DNA of 64,000 nucleotides from Promethearchaeota archaeon (GTDB lineage Archaea; Asgardarchaeota; Lokiarchaeia; Sigyniarchaeales; SOKP01): NCBI GenBank assembly GCA_013375475.1, contig JABXKD010000004.1, positions 10,659 to 74,658 of the forward strand, read 5' to 3'. Shown piece by piece: positions 1 to 11,111 of this stretch (position 1 is its first letter; each line of letters starts with the position of its first letter). The notes under the pieces were generated by a model. It saw only the letters and a program-made list of their open reading frames with translations, ran no database searches and was not told where the DNA came from. The position numbers and the translations under genes were made by a program.

Positions 1-2667
1 TTCTCTACCAAAATAAATCGCAGACCAATCACTAGAGTAGAGATATGACCGATTATCGTTCTGATTGCTTTGCGTTAGTAAGCCCCATCCTGTTCCATTG
101 TAAGTCCAACCAGTATACCCCTCATTGAAATCGTGTGCGTATGGAAATCTCTCGCTATCGCTTGGAAATTCTATAGTAATATTTAATTGTCCAGAAAGAG
201 GGTATCTAGCTTGATGGATGCCATCACTCGTGACAAAGAAGTAGTGATATGTGCCGGGAACGGGGAACGTCACTAAATCACTTCTAAAAATAGCACCATC
301 TGTATAATTATTATCAAACTCAAATAATTGAGATAAACTATAATTTTGAGCAGTCTCAATAATAGATACATATACTTCTTGGGGAGGTACATTTGAGGAA
401 TCTTTATCGAAAAAATCTATATAAAACCAGTAGTTATCAATAGAATAATTTTTAGCGGGTTCATTACCATAGAATTCTTGTAAGCTAATAACTGTATTGT
501 TCTTTGAACCTCCAAAATATGTAATTTCGGGTATTTTTAACTCGGGTTCAAACTCATTTAGAACAGTTGTAACATTTAAAGTGAAACTGCTGTTCCCTTC
601 TATTGCTTTCACGATAACTATACAATTAGTTTGATTATACTTTGGTGTAAAATAAACATAATTAAAATCTCCATACCATTTTTGTCCCGTTTCTAATAAA
701 ATAGGTTCTCCATATTGATTTGATTCGTTAGAAAACAGAAATAAGTCTAAATCAGCGCTATTATCTACTTCAGTTAAATTAAATAGATATTGTATATCTT
801 CTCTTAAAGTTATCTTTCTAGCAAAAACATGATCGCCAAGAGGGTTTACTTCCGAGCTTGTTAAATAATCAGATATTGTCTGATTTACTTCAAGTTTTTT
901 GGTTAAAGCATCAATGGCTGCTTGAACATTCAACCTTCCATAACCTTCATGCTCATCTTTTATACTATTTAGAAACCCATTAAATAAAGAAGGGGAATAA
1001 TTACTCTCGTCTTTTTCTGTTAGGGGGTTATCTTCCCGTTCCATATTAGTCTCTGAAGCAGTCATTAATAATATTGCCTTAATAATTTTAACCCATTTTG
1101 ATAAATCTTGGTTATTCCACTCAGACCACGCATCCCATTTTGCGTCTATTAATATATTTACTACGGCTGAAACGATTGCTGTTGATATCGATGTTCCAGT
1201 CAAAGTTGTGGCTTCATCCGATTTACTATCAGCACTAATTATTGAACGCTGGTTTGGTATTGTGCTACCTCCTGGTGCAACTATATCTGGTTTAACAACA
1301 TTACTTCCAACTTCTCGTCCCATACTACTATAAGATGCGACTTGATCTCTGTCGTTAATTGCCCCTACGATAATCGCATTTTTATTTGTGCCTAAGCTAT
1401 TTAGTGGTTTAGAACTTTCAATCCCATTATTTCCCGCAGCAATTACCACTAAAATATGGTTTTCAATAACTTCATCGATTACAGAATTAATAGCCGCAAC
1501 ATCTTCTCCTAAAGTTCCAACACTTAAACAAACGCTTACGATATGATGAGTCGTTCGATTTTGAATAACGCTTGCCATTGCTGATATTAAATCTGAGATA
1601 TAACCAACGCCAGTTCGATTTACAATCTTAAACGCTAAAATATTAGTTGCATTCGCTATACCAGTAAAGTGATTATAATTATTTGCATATGATTCTGGAT
1701 AAAAAAGAACAGAAGAATTAAACGAAAACGAGGGGACAGTATTACCTTCTTTATGATACTTAATGAACAAATCGTACATTCCTCTTTTGGCAGGCTCAAT
1801 ATTATGAAGTATTGTGTAATGCTGGTTAGGATTTTGTATACTAGTTGAGTTGACTAAACTTGAATTGTAGTAGAGTTCAAACCAAAATTTATCAATTTCA
1901 CTTAATTCAAAGCTACTAGTTGCGTTGATTCTGACTTTTGAATTTGCTTTTGACATATTTGCGGTAAAAATTTTAACTGAATAATTTTTGGACGGTAGAA
2001 AATCGTTAAATAAATCTAAATGGGAATAATTACCATATAAATTTACAATTGAAAGATTAGCGGGATTTCCAGTTCCTGCGATAACAGAAGATACAAATGT
2101 CCCATGACCATTCTTATCCGAAATTGAATCTTGGTCAACAAAGTTTTGCCAACCGATTATTTTTCCTTGTAAAAAGTCTTGGTTAGGATTCACCCCGCTA
2201 TCTAAAACTGCGATAGAAGAATCTGTATTCCCATTAAAACCATTTACATACCATGTGGAATTAACCGATTGAATTTGAGCACTCGCGTAATTCATTTGAA
2301 CATCGATCATTTCGTCTGTATCAATGTTAACATCGGAAAATTCACTCTTAAAGTAAGAAATGTTTTCATAAGGAATAATACCCGCAAAACCAGAAAAATT
2401 ATTAAATATTCCGTTCCAAGCTTCATTTTCTTTTAAACGACCTCCATAAAATTCAAAACGGTTCGAGGCGCTTATATTGTACGTAGATTTATTGAAATAA
2501 ACTATTACAGACCTCTCGTTAATATTAGAAGTATGCAAATTGTCTTCAACCTTGGTCGGAAGCGTGGAATTACTTATACTTTTATCTTGCGTTGGTAAGT
2601 TTATTATGATGTTTGGCCCAACAGTCAAACTAATGATTATAAGCAAAATTATTGAGAATTTACTCAT
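1..2667 (-). CDS. Secreted subtilisin-like (peptidase S8) serine protease; C-terminus runs off the window start
   Basis: Absent from the ORF track because it is open to the window edge. ATG at 2667-2665 and hydrophobic N-terminus MSKFSIILLIIISL. My translation gives the S8 triad motifs VLDSGV (2191-2208), HGT in HGTFVSSVIAG (2098-2106) and GTS in GTSISTA (1189-1197), all in the frame of the ATG. Many N-x-S/T sequons. 5-nt gap to the upstream gene. Confidence 0.85.
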   Translation of the reverse strand, partial: MSKFSIILLIIISLTVGPNIIINLPTQDKSISNSTLPTKVEDNLHTSNINERSVIVYFNKSTYNISASNRFEFYGGRLKENEAWNGIFNNFSGFAGIIPYENISYFKSEFSDVNIDTDEMIDVQMNYASAQIQSVNSTWYVNGFNGNTDSSIAVLDSGVNPNQDFLQGKIIGWQNFVDQDSISDKNGHGTFVSSVIAGTGNPANLSIVNLYGNYSHLDLFNDFLPSKNYSVKIFTANMSKANSKVRINATSSFELSEIDKFWFELYYNSSLVNSTSIQNPNQHYTILHNIEPAKRGMYDLFIKYHKEGNTVPSFSFNSSVLFYPESYANNYNHFTGIANATNILAFKIVNRTGVGYISDLISAMASVIQNRTTHHIVSVCLSVGTLGEDVAAINSVIDEVIENHILVVIAAGNNGIESSKPLNSLGTNKNAIIVGAINDRDQVASYSSMGREVGSNVVKPDIVAPGGSTIPNQRSIISADSKSDEATTLTGTSISTAIVSAVVNILIDAKWDAWSEWNNQDLSKWVKIIKAILLMTASETNMEREDNPLTEKDESNYSPSLFNGFLNSIKDEHEGYGRLNVQAAIDALTKKLEVNQTISDYLTSSEVNPLGDHVFARKITLREDIQYLFNLTEVDNSADLDLFLFSNESNQYGEPILLETGQKWYGDFNYVYFTPKYNQTNCIVIVKAIEGNSSFTLNVTTVLNEFEPELKIPEITYFGGSKNNTVISLQEFYGNEPAKNYSIDNYWFYIDFFDKDSSNVPPQEVYVSIIETAQNYSLSQLFEFDNNYTDGAIFRSDLVTFPVPGTYHYFFVTSDGIHQARYPLSGQLNITIEFPSDSERFPYAHDFNEGYTGWTYNGTGWGLLTQSNQNDNRSYLYSSDWSAIYFGRE

Positions 2668-2672
2668 GGTTT

Positions 2673-5600
2673 TCAATTGTTCTGCTCACCTCCCTTATCA
2701 AGCACAGCTCTAGATTTTTCTTCTTTGGAAAGCAAATTAAATTTATCTCTTAATGTGCTTTCGACGTTTAATACGGCTTCACTGCGAGAAATTTTAAAAA
2801 GCATTAATTCATTTCTTTGAAGTTCGTATTTTTTTGCTTTGTATCTCCGAGTTTTCCAAAGGAAAACAACCAAAATCGATAACGAGACCAACGTTGGACC
2901 TAAAACGAATGAAACTTGAATCAATTTTGGAATAACTACTTTTATCTCAATAGAATTAGATAAGTCTCTCAATTCTTCTAAATAGAAATACTCGATAGAT
3001 GCAGGTTTTAATTCTACTAAAGATTGCATCATAGCTTGAATTTTATAAGAAAATGATATACTTTCTCCTGGTAAGAGTTTTAAAATAGTATGAATTAAAC
3101 TTCCACCTATTAAAGCAAATTGGATCTTGTTAAAACTTGTTGCATCGTTTATCGTGAAATTTTTAGCACAAATGTTTCCCGCATTAATTATCGTAATGTT
3201 GACGGTTATATAATCCCCAATTTCAATTTGATTTTTATCCACTGATTTTAATATAGAAAAATTGATAATACCTAATATGATGGGTTTAGAAGAAGCAATC
3301 TGAATTGTATTCTGCTCAGAAGTATTGAAATAATTAATAGATGGAAAATAATAGCCTCTCCATCCAACTTTTTTTAATGTAAGTGCGAGCACTTCTGTTG
3401 CGTTATATGAAATTGATGGTGATACCAAAGAAGATTTGTTCATGGGAACTAACCCAGTAAACTTATCACCAATTGAAAATGTTAAATTTTGAACAGGAAA
3501 ACCTTCAAGCCCATTATTTTTGATATATATTGATAAATTAAAATCTTCTTCAATACTGGGAGCAAATGTAGAACTATTATAAAAAATTTCAATTGTTTTA
3601 ACGTAAGGTGAGCGAGAAAAGTAATCTATTGGGGCTGAATAATACACTTCGTTTGGATGTGCTTCTAAAGTTGTTGAATTTCTATTCTCTATGATCTCAG
3701 AATTGCTATAATTTATAAAGGTATTACTAATAACAGCAGAATTAGGTACGTAAAACGAAAATGCTAACTGTTCCTCAGCAGATACAGGAAGTTCGGCTAG
3801 ATGATATTTTAAGATATCCCGTTCTACAGTAAAATTAATTGGATCGTGAATTATCCCGGGGATAACAATAGAAACATTAATATTCTTGGCAAGAGAGGAA
3901 CCGATATTTTTTATTATTAGCGTGTAACTATTGAGCTCTCCCGCATAAGAGTTATAGCTATCTAAATAAGCATAGGCTACTATCGAAGCCATATTAATGG
4001 TACTTAAAGATATTGAATTTGAAATTCTCACGTACTCTACCAAACCACTTTCTGATGTATAGATAATCCTAGAACCTAATACTAAATACTCATTAATATC
4101 TCGGTAAGAAAACTCTACGTCAAAATTATTTATTGAAACATTAAATGGACTACTATTAATACCCCTTATTTTTATTAGTATTGTATGGTTAGTTCTTGAG
4201 GAAAGATCAAATAACCATTCAAATGTACCTCTGTTTTTTACGAAGGTATAGGTTGCACTCTCATTTGTGGCAGCTGATAAATATGGAGACAACTCTTGGA
4301 ACTCCTCTGAAGAATAATTAAACACTTCAAAACTTAAAACATTATTAGGATCGCTAAAGTTAACTAAAAATGATACGCTATCAAGGGAGTTATTATATAA
4401 ATCAATGTTAGACTCGTTCTGAAAAAGAAATTGGACTTCCAACTCGTGCTGATCAATGTACGTTTGTTCTGACTTTATGACCCAATCTTGATTATCTGTA
4501 ACTAATGCCATTTGAGGTGTGGTTCCTCCAATAGAGGTTCCAGATATTATTGATGGTAAGTTTGGAAACGTCTCCCTAATCGTGAAATTATAAGCATAAA
4601 ATGGAGAAAAGGAATCTATCCCTTCTATAGAAAAATTATCATATGTATACGTAAGTAGTTCACCAGGTTTGAGAAACCAATTATTATCATTCCATACACT
4701 ATCTTCATTAGTAAAAGAATCCTTCAAAGAATCTGAAGAGATTCCTATTGCTGCTAGCGAAGAGATTAGCTGGGGGTTTCCACTTTCTATTAGATCAATT
4801 ATATAATTCATATTTTTGTTATATGGTAACAAATTTGTGAGATTATTAAGGTTTGGAAAGTAAGTATCTACTATTCCCTCTCCAGTTGTGTCAAAATAAA
4901 AAATACGAGGGTCTTTATCAAAATTAAAAAAATCTTCAATAGAAGTATATTGGCCTGCGTATTCGATTCTTGCAACCTCCCAAATAGCGTCCTTAAGGTC
5001 CTGATCAAGACCCAGAACTACTCCGATTGGCCCAGCAATAATAGCGAACATATCATCTAACTCGATAGGTATTGGAGTAGGTACTCCCCACGCTGTTTCG
5101 TTCCCCACATTTTTTGCGGTTATATTAAAAGAAAAGTCATGAAAAACTCCATCAGAGGCGTTTCCTCCAATCATAGTTTTCGTAAGGATGAGATTTGGTT
5201 CAGAGTTCGAAATCGCGTAGGTGACTTCAAAATTTCCAATAGGATTAAATATCCCGGTAGGAATCCCTGGTAATCCTTGATATCCAATGAGGTGTAAAAA
5301 ATTAAGTATATCCGCTTGATCGTTTAAATTTACAGGCTTTAAGTAATTTCTTTTGAATCCACCTTCATCTACCCAAAACAATTCAAATGAATAATCCTTT
5401 AATATTTGGACATCAAAATCTACATCAGCGAAAAATAACAATAATCCAATCTGTTCGATTAAAAAATCATAAAGCGTGAAGTATTGAGGGGTGTGATCTA
5501 CTATGTCTGTACAAAAAATATTAATATCTATTTCACTCATAAAAGCACCTGTTAATGAAATAAAAGTCTTCTCACTAGGTTTGAGTGGCGCACCCTCATA

Positions 5601-6635
5601 CCCTAATGCATCCCATAAATTAAACCTATATTCCTTCTCACTAGTCTTTTTAATTCCTTGACTTACGCCTTCATATTGTATCATAAAACTTGTATAGTGA
5701 GATTCATTAGATAAATTTAAGCCCGTAAAAAAGCCCCCAAACTCATCAAAATCCTCTTGAGTGCTGGTCTCATTGACCTCTACTGATGTATTTCCAACCA
5801 ATGAACTAAAGTCATTTAAAACGCTTGTAAATTGTTCAAAAATATTTTCAACGCCAAGATCATCTAAGTATGCCAAATCTAAGGATTCTATGTTAAAATT
5901 GACTTGATCGATCGAACTCGTAATATCAAGATCTAAAAAATCTAAAGAATTCACTAAAAGAAATGTGGAGGACAAATGGTAATTCTGTACGTATTCTTCA
6001 GATATTAACCGCTCAACATTTAAAGCTTTCCAATATCCGTCCATGGGAAGATTACTTGTGACTTCCCTGAAATAAATTTCCCAATCAGGGTAATATCCAA
6101 CAAAAGGGAAGAGGTAAGAATTATTTACTTCAATTTTGAACAAATCAATTTCAAATTTTCTCTTTATTATTTCAAATGCTCTATCTGCTCTCATATGAAC
6201 TTCAATCTCATCCATTTCCTCATCATAATAAAGAAATCCCGAAAAACCGTTAAAAGTCATTTCATATTGGTTAATATAACCGTTCTCAGCAAGAATACGA
6301 GGAAATAACGCTGGTGTTATTCCATTAGATGCACTAAAAAGGACATTACATTTATAGAATGCGGGATCTCTAGTATCAAAGCGAGAGAGTATACTCGTGT
6401 CATTAGTAAAGAGTGATTGTTTTATTATTGACTTATTCCCCGCAACAAAAGCATTGATTTGTTCAGCATAAAGATCTGAACCTGCGATATCTGAGCTGTG
6501 TATTGAAGAAGATTCGGAAAAACTGTTAATTACTGTTCCTGGAACTATATCGTTACTAGAATAAAGATTCTGCACTGTTGTAGAAAGAAAACTAAAAATA
6601 ATTACGAATACGTAAATTTTATTAGATTTCTTCAC
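2673..6635 (-). CDS. 1320-aa secreted cell-surface protein, sequon-rich, with C-terminal TM anchor
   Basis: ORF track. Signal-like N-terminus MKKSNKIYVFVIIFSFLSTTV. One C-terminal hydrophobic helix (GPTLVSLSILVVFLW) followed by the basic tail KTRRYKAKK. Dozens of N-x-S/T sequons. The beta-rich CARDB/DUF11-like feel near the C-terminus is only a fold guess. 16-nt gap to the permease gene. Confidence 0.75.
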   Translation of the reverse strand: MKKSNKIYVFVIIFSFLSTTVQNLYSSNDIVPGTVINSFSESSSIHSSDIAGSDLYAEQINAFVAGNKSIIKQSLFTNDTSILSRFDTRDPAFYKCNVLFSASNGITPALFPRILAENGYINQYEMTFNGFSGFLYYDEEMDEIEVHMRADRAFEIIKRKFEIDLFKIEVNNSYLFPFVGYYPDWEIYFREVTSNLPMDGYWKALNVERLISEEYVQNYHLSSTFLLVNSLDFLDLDITSSIDQVNFNIESLDLAYLDDLGVENIFEQFTSVLNDFSSLVGNTSVEVNETSTQEDFDEFGGFFTGLNLSNESHYTSFMIQYEGVSQGIKKTSEKEYRFNLWDALGYEGAPLKPSEKTFISLTGAFMSEIDINIFCTDIVDHTPQYFTLYDFLIEQIGLLLFFADVDFDVQILKDYSFELFWVDEGGFKRNYLKPVNLNDQADILNFLHLIGYQGLPGIPTGIFNPIGNFEVTYAISNSEPNLILTKTMIGGNASDGVFHDFSFNITAKNVGNETAWGVPTPIPIELDDMFAIIAGPIGVVLGLDQDLKDAIWEVARIEYAGQYTSIEDFFNFDKDPRIFYFDTTGEGIVDTYFPNLNNLTNLLPYNKNMNYIIDLIESGNPQLISSLAAIGISSDSLKDSFTNEDSVWNDNNWFLKPGELLTYTYDNFSIEGIDSFSPFYAYNFTIRETFPNLPSIISGTSIGGTTPQMALVTDNQDWVIKSEQTYIDQHELEVQFLFQNESNIDLYNNSLDSVSFLVNFSDPNNVLSFEVFNYSSEEFQELSPYLSAATNESATYTFVKNRGTFEWLFDLSSRTNHTILIKIRGINSSPFNVSINNFDVEFSYRDINEYLVLGSRIIYTSESGLVEYVRISNSISLSTINMASIVAYAYLDSYNSYAGELNSYTLIIKNIGSSLAKNINVSIVIPGIIHDPINFTVERDILKYHLAELPVSAEEQLAFSFYVPNSAVISNTFINYSNSEIIENRNSTTLEAHPNEVYYSAPIDYFSRSPYVKTIEIFYNSSTFAPSIEEDFNLSIYIKNNGLEGFPVQNLTFSIGDKFTGLVPMNKSSLVSPSISYNATEVLALTLKKVGWRGYYFPSINYFNTSEQNTIQIASSKPIILGIINFSILKSVDKNQIEIGDYITVNITIINAGNICAKNFTINDATSFNKIQFALIGGSLIHTILKLLPGESISFSYKIQAMMQSLVELKPASIEYFYLEELRDLSNSIEIKVVIPKLIQVSFVLGPTLVSLSILVVFLWKTRRYKAKKYELQRNELMLFKISRSEAVLNVESTLRDKFNLLSKEEKSRAVLDKGGEQNN

Positions 6636-6651
6636 TTCTCTTCTTTTCCTC

Positions 6652-9651
6652 CTACATAGTTTCTCTATAAATGTCTACAATTTTCTGTTTACGAGATTTC
6701 CTTAATAGCATTTTCATGCCTATTAATGTAAAAACGATAGATAATGTGAATACAAAAATCATATCTGATAAGGGAAACACAGGAATATTTGGTAAACCAC
6801 TTGTTAAATTCATTGATACACTTAACAATAATCCTGTAGTCCATCCTACCAAAACACCAACCGTTCCACTACTTAGCATTATTATTAAAGATTCTATAGT
6901 AAACAACCTACTGATTTCTTTCCCCTTTAACCCCAAGGTTCTAATTATCCCTATTTCTTTCTTTCTTTCTATTATTGTGGAATAAGAAGAAGATAATAAC
7001 CCAAAAAGACAAATGACTATTGTTGCTTGTAAAGTAATACTAAAAAATACATTTATTAATGTAAAAAATAATTCTTGTTCTGAAACCTCAGCTTTCAAAC
7101 TAATAATATCAAAATCGTAAATACCTTCATTTTCCTCTTTTATTTGTGTTAAAATATCATGAGATGATCTTTGAGCATTTTGGTGAAGTTGAATAAAAAT
7201 TTTATCCAAATAGGGAATAGGTGGAATGTCCATAAGGCTCATATAGACATCTTGTGATATCATAACTCCACCCATATTCGCTGTCACGACCATTCTTGAA
7301 AATTTCCCTAGAAATCCTGGCATAGCAGCTGCTACTCCTGCGATTTTAAATTTATATATTTCAGATTCTTCTCCTCGCACAATTTCCATTTTTATAATGT
7401 CTCCCAAAAATAGATCTAAACTTAATGATATAGCTTCGGAAATTATACACGCAGGAATCTCTTGTACTTTAAACAATTGTTCAAACGAAGAAGTAATATC
7501 ACCTTGAGTAAATTCGATATACTCTATCTTAATAGTAGAAGGGTAAATTTCATCAATTCCTATTAAGCTTACATCCAAACTCGTTATACTTGCTAAATCT
7601 CCGATCGTAGCGGTAAATTCTTTACCCTCTTCTGAGTAAATTTGTGTTAAATGGAACGGACTCGCTAACACAGAAGATATTCTCTCAATTCCATCTTTTT
7701 TTAACAGTTCCTCTTTAAAATCACTTGTAAGGATTCTATTTGGATTTACTGAAAACCCATTATCTTGGCTGGTTTTAGGTTGATTAGAAGTGTCGCTTAG
7801 AAATTCTCCACCTCCTCCTCCAAATAATCCAAAACTTTCAGCCTCTTCGGGTTCGTACCATCCCTTTGTCTCTATAACTAAGTCAGCACCATAATTAAGA
7901 TTTGCGGCGACCACACCTTGATTTCCTAAGTAACTAAATACACTTGAAGTAAAAATCACGAAAGAAAATGTAAAGGCAAAAGTCATTATAGTGCTAGAAT
8001 TTCTCCGAGCATATCTAAAAATGAAAATTCGATATACCGGTGATAATTTTTTAGTAAAAAGTTGAAAAAATCTTATGAAAATTCTTAAAATTAACGGTAG
8101 AATACCAAGACCCGCTAATGTCATTCCAATTAGAAATATTAAAAGGAGAGCTATTAATGTGCCTGCAAAAAGCGAGAGATCGCCAGAATTTAAAATTCGT
8201 GGTAGAACAAAAAGGACTAAAGCTGCGTTTACAGTTAGGATTCCCCCTATTATTAGCAATTTATAATTAACAGAAGCTCGTTTTTGAAGTTTATATAAAA
8301 CATCCTCTTTACGATAAGGATGTATCGATTCAATTAATTGGAGTTTCATAACTTTTAAGGCTGGAGAGATACTTACTACTATTCCGACACTTAATCCAAT
8401 CATATAAGATATAAGAATTGACCATATTGTAGTAGAGAAGGTTATATTACCTGCTAATCCTGGTATTGATTGTGCTACAATGCTACCTGCAATAGGGAGT
8501 ACAACAAATTCAGTAGCTAATTGAGCTAATATGATACCAAGAATCGTTCCAAAATTGCATAACAACAATCCCTGAGTTAAGACAATAATCAAATTATACT
8601 TCTTAGTAGCTCCCAAGGTTCTAAAGATGCCAAATTCCCTTATTCGTTCTTCCACAGAAGTCTTAAGTATTCCATTGATTAACACGCCCGAGATTAACAT
8701 TGAAATCATAGATACAAATACAAAAATTATTGTAAGTCCAACACTAAACAATTCGGAATAACCTAAAATCTCAACTTTAGGAGAATCAATGTCATATTCC
8801 TTAAGTCCAATAAGTAGTTGAACTTCACCAGCGATTTTTTTAACTCTGTTCTTAGAACCTTCAATATCTCGAGCATCATAAATATTTTGACCCTTTTTCA
8901 GTGTAAGTATTAATTCGTTACATTTTCCATTAAAAGTATCATTTCCAAAAGTATCGTAGAGTGTAGCGATGTCAACAACTATGAGAGGCTGAGATGTATA
9001 TTGTACGGGCCATTTTAATTGAAAATCGAAAATGGCATCAATTGTGAAGTTCCTAGCTCTGGAATAGTACTCATTCCCGTGCCAAAAACCCATTCGAATT
9101 TCAATAGTGTCATTTGCTGCATATTTAATTTCATCGTTTAGACCGTAATAAATAGCACAATGATTAATGGGTAAATTATCTAATTCTAATAACTCATTTG
9201 TACCCGGCTCGATAAAGCTACCAAACTCAAGTTGGTTTTCTAATCCAAAATCTATTCCCGAAATTCGCACCCATCTTCTATCATTAGTTAGTTCTTGAGT
9301 TGTATCTCCCTTTGAAAAGTTCACATTACCATTTAGACTCATTCTAGGTATGCATCCCTCAATTTCCTCTACTTCATTCTTAATTTTATCAACTAGATTC
9401 TGGAATTCGAAGTAATTAGACCGATTATCTGGTTCTCCATTATAATGTCTCACTTGTACGTTTAAATCTTGTTGACCTGAATCAATGCTCAAATAATCGA
9501 TAAAAGTCACAGAAATAGAATCAGATAAAAATAGGATTAATGCCAAAAGTGCAATTGAAACTGTTATCCCAATTATACCTACAAAAGTCCTCGTCTTGTG
9601 ACGAAGAAGATCTTTAAATGCGTATTTAAACACTAATTTTACGTTAGGCAT
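6652..9651 (-). CDS. ABC transporter permease with two FtsX modules and large extracytoplasmic domains (MacB-like)
   Basis: ORF track. N-terminal TM (TFVGIIGITVSIALLALILFL) followed by a long soluble domain. Two copies of the FtsX cytoplasmic-loop motif: RIREFGIFRTLGATKKY and RKKEIGIIRTLGLKGKEI, each embedded in a multi-TM block. Confidence 0.8.
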   Translation of the reverse strand: MPNVKLVFKYAFKDLLRHKTRTFVGIIGITVSIALLALILFLSDSISVTFIDYLSIDSGQQDLNVQVRHYNGEPDNRSNYFEFQNLVDKIKNEVEEIEGCIPRMSLNGNVNFSKGDTTQELTNDRRWVRISGIDFGLENQLEFGSFIEPGTNELLELDNLPINHCAIYYGLNDEIKYAANDTIEIRMGFWHGNEYYSRARNFTIDAIFDFQLKWPVQYTSQPLIVVDIATLYDTFGNDTFNGKCNELILTLKKGQNIYDARDIEGSKNRVKKIAGEVQLLIGLKEYDIDSPKVEILGYSELFSVGLTIIFVFVSMISMLISGVLINGILKTSVEERIREFGIFRTLGATKKYNLIIVLTQGLLLCNFGTILGIILAQLATEFVVLPIAGSIVAQSIPGLAGNITFSTTIWSILISYMIGLSVGIVVSISPALKVMKLQLIESIHPYRKEDVLYKLQKRASVNYKLLIIGGILTVNAALVLFVLPRILNSGDLSLFAGTLIALLLIFLIGMTLAGLGILPLILRIFIRFFQLFTKKLSPVYRIFIFRYARRNSSTIMTFAFTFSFVIFTSSVFSYLGNQGVVAANLNYGADLVIETKGWYEPEEAESFGLFGGGGGEFLSDTSNQPKTSQDNGFSVNPNRILTSDFKEELLKKDGIERISSVLASPFHLTQIYSEEGKEFTATIGDLASITSLDVSLIGIDEIYPSTIKIEYIEFTQGDITSSFEQLFKVQEIPACIISEAISLSLDLFLGDIIKMEIVRGEESEIYKFKIAGVAAAMPGFLGKFSRMVVTANMGGVMISQDVYMSLMDIPPIPYLDKIFIQLHQNAQRSSHDILTQIKEENEGIYDFDIISLKAEVSEQELFFTLINVFFSITLQATIVICLFGLLSSSYSTIIERKKEIGIIRTLGLKGKEISRLFTIESLIIMLSSGTVGVLVGWTTGLLLSVSMNLTSGLPNIPVFPLSDMIFVFTLSIVFTLIGMKMLLRKSRKQKIVDIYRETM

Positions 9652-9702
9652 TTGTATAAAAACTATTTATTTTTATGTTAAATATTGAAATGACTAAAAA
9701 TA

Positions 9703-10881
9703 TTAATCTAAATGTAATTCGTCTCCTACTACTCTTCCATTAATGTTATTTTCTTGCACTAATTCAACAAGAATATCATTAAAATGCTCTGGTAAGTTAG
9801 CAATAATTGGATTTGGAATACTACTTTTAATATCATTTACTTTAATTAGGGTTTTCCCCTGGTTTGCAAAAAGATATTTAAAAATCATACTCTTACACTT
9901 TTCCTTATTCATTTCAGCTTCTTGTTTTCTCTTCAACTCCATAGCTTGTGTTTCCTTTAAACCCCCAATTTTCCCTTCGTGGGTCAGTTTCCCATCTCTC
10001 ATGTGAAAAACTTTAGATGCAAACTCAGAAACAGCTGCATCGTGAGATACAGATATAAAAGTAGCACCTCTTTTGTTTAAATCCCTTAATAAATTTAAAA
10101 TCATAACCCCCGTTTTCGAATCCAAATCTCCTGTTGGTTCGTCTAATACGCAAATAGCAGGATCGTTTGCAAAAGCCCTTGCAATCGCTACTCTTTGTTG
10201 CTCCCCCCCACTTAGCTCTGAAGGCGTGTGATGAGAACGTTCATCTAATCCTACGAGTGCTAACAAATCAAAAGCTTTCTTCCTTTTCCCTCGACGGCTC
10301 AATTTTCCTGAAAAATGTAAAGGTACCATTACATTTTCTAAGGCGGTCATCTGAGGGAGTAAGTTGTAAAATTGAAATACAAATCCAATCCGCTCCCTTC
10401 TAATCTCTGCTAAAGCGTTATCGTTAAGCATGGATATATTGCGGCCTTCTAAAAAGATTTTACCTCTGGTAGGAGTATCGAGTCCTCCTATTAAATTCAA
10501 AAGGGTTGTTTTACCGCTTCCTGACGGCCCCATGATGTCTATAAAGTTTCCCTTATCAATTGTCAAATCGACTCCCCGAAGTGCTGCCACAGCGGTAGTC
10601 CCAAGCAAGTAAGTTTTGTGGAGATTTTCTACAACAATTAGATGTTCATAATCTTTCCCAATCTCCTTTTCTTGTTTAATCTCAGTTTTCATTTGCTTTC
10701 TTTGTTCTCGAGATAATGAAAGCGTTTCGGCTTTTTGCTTTTTAATTTCATCCTTTTGCTTATTAACTTGCCACTTTCGGAAGTCTTTACTTTCCTTACC
10801 CTTCCAAATTGCAAGTTTTCCCGTTTCATTTTCATATTCATCCATTTCTGGAGTCTTTTTTATAATTCTTCCTTCAGACAT
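9703..10881 (-). CDS. ABC transporter ATP-binding protein (MacB/LolD type) with K/E-rich N-terminal and about 90-aa C-terminal extensions
   Basis: Walker A GPSGSGKTT, Q-loop FVFQFYNLL, ABC signature LSGGEQQRVAIARA, Walker B CVLDEPTGDLD, H-loop VSHD. First gene of the minus-strand operon. Confidence 0.9.
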   Translation of the reverse strand: MSEGRIIKKTPEMDEYENETGKLAIWKGKESKDFRKWQVNKQKDEIKKQKAETLSLSREQRKQMKTEIKQEKEIGKDYEHLIVVENLHKTYLLGTTAVAALRGVDLTIDKGNFIDIMGPSGSGKTTLLNLIGGLDTPTRGKIFLEGRNISMLNDNALAEIRRERIGFVFQFYNLLPQMTALENVMVPLHFSGKLSRRGKRKKAFDLLALVGLDERSHHTPSELSGGEQQRVAIARAFANDPAICVLDEPTGDLDSKTGVMILNLLRDLNKRGATFISVSHDAAVSEFASKVFHMRDGKLTHEGKIGGLKETQAMELKRKQEAEMNKEKCKSMIFKYLFANQGKTLIKVNDIKSSIPNPIIANLPEHFNDILVELVQENNINGRVVGDELHLD

Positions 10882-11111
10882 TAAGATTAACCCTTTTATG
10901 TTAGAAAATTAAATTAAAATAGAAATTATAATTTCATTACTGCTGTAGGATTAGAAGTGTTAAAAAAGTTTTAAACCTTAAGATTCTACTTTATTCGAAC
11001 AATCAATAAAAACTAACTACTTTGAAACGATCATGCCCTAAATCAAGGAATATCCATACTGGGTAGCTAAAAACGAGCTTAAGATATTAAGTTGGAAAAA
11101 AAGTGAAGAAA

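Noticed and set aside
6671-10612. Track ORFs antisense to the permease and ATPase genes (6671..6985, 8075..8266, 9743..10006, 10167..10403, 10430..10612)
   Set aside because: Each lies wholly inside a longer, motif-supported gene on the other strand. Compositions are I/L/S/F/K-rich and typical of shadow frames in AT-rich DNA.
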